DNA from: a virus
Lineage: Duplodnaviria > Caudoviricetes
Virus record (IMG/VR): IMGVR_UViG_3300022173_000225
Span: 2,905-66,904 of that record
Strand: one strand, 5' to 3'
Length of the DNA: 64,000 nt
Positions 63,601 to 64,000 of the stretch are shown one piece after another (the first letter of the stretch is position 1; each line of letters opens with the position of its first letter). Position numbers and translations under genes: made by a program. The notes under the pieces are model-generated. The model was not told where the DNA came from and did no database searches. It worked only from the letters and a program-made list of their open reading frames with translations.

Positions 63601-64000
63601 ATGACCGACAAAGTAGTGGCACCCCCTGTGCCCGAGCCGACGATCAGCACCGAGCATGGCCCGTGGATTCCGTCGAAGTACAGCGCCGAGGAAGGCGAGA
63701 AGTATTGCCAGCGGTGCCTGATGCGTGACAAGTTTTTGGGCGCGAAGGACTGCACGCCGCACATCGTCTATGCGGCACCCACCGAGGCAACCCACACGCA
63801 GCCAGCGAGTGATCCTGTTGCGCGAGCCGATGCGCTGAATACGCTTTGCAAGATGCTGCACAACGGTGAAGAAGTCGAAGGCGACGATGGGCTTGCCATG
63901 CTCGTGCCGATGGATTTGTGGAACGACGCGCAGGAAGCCATCGAATCGCTGGTCGGTGAAGATGACGCCACCCCGCAGCCAGCAGCCAAGCAGGCAGAGC
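63601..64000 (+). CDS. Hypothetical protein, 3' truncated by window edge
   Basis: RBS TAAGGAG; MTDKVVAPP...YCQRC; frame open to end. Confidence 0.75.
   Translation, partial: MTDKVVAPPVPEPTISTEHGPWIPSKYSAEEGEKYCQRCLMRDKFLGAKDCTPHIVYAAPTEATHTQPASDPVARADALNTLCKMLHNGEEVEGDDGLAMLVPMDLWNDAQEAIESLVGEDDATPQPAAKQAE

Larger units (their letters stand above)
1..64000. mobile_element. Tailed dsDNA bacteriophage (podovirus-like), near-complete, circularly permuted
   Basis: Terminase, portal, scaffold, MCP, tail, lysis and PolA/primase/helicase modules; no host housekeeping genes; both ends fall inside phage ORFs. Confidence 0.97.

Noticed and set aside
1-64000. tRNA/rRNA genes, integrase, repressor-based lysogeny module, RNA polymerase
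   Set aside because: None recognised; they could lie in the part of the genome outside the window.

Overview
The whole 64 kb looks like one tailed dsDNA bacteriophage: podovirus-like architecture, GC-rich, Gram-negative host (spanins, PagP-like outer-membrane protein). The window appears circularly permuted and slightly short of a full genome, since it opens inside DNA polymerase A and closes inside an open early-region ORF. Three blocks are visible. (1) 1-10980, + strand, replication: PolA, PD-(D/E)XK nuclease, SNF2 helicase, DEDD exonuclease, SSB-like protein, HTH, primase-helicase. (2) 10880-46236, - strand, virion and lysis: terS, terL, portal, GroES-like, scaffold, MCP, head-spike/fibre cluster, tail, holin/amidase/spanins, ejection proteins, 2678-aa polyvalent protein. 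(3) 46899-64000, + strand, many small early genes. No integrase, tRNA or CRISPR array was recognised. The most striking unexplained structure is regulatory. A ~92-nt intergenic unit at the early/late divergence point has its own sigma70-like promoter, nested stems and intrinsic terminator, and an unpaired loop (UUGCUUCUCCUGAUG). That loop is the reverse complement of the extended ribosome-binding motif CATCAGGAG(A)AAGCAA found before many early/middle genes, so it is a candidate trans-acting sRNA that shuts off early translation. Those early genes are also preceded by a modular, order-shuffled cassette: TCCGACCGGTGTCA, the palindrome GTGAGC-N3-GCTCAC, and a covarying 7-bp hairpin. Separately, seven free-standing HNH-type endonuclease genes are repeatedly flanked by duplicated, synonymously recoded ends of their neighbour genes. 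Family assignments come from motif recognition by eye, not from database searches.
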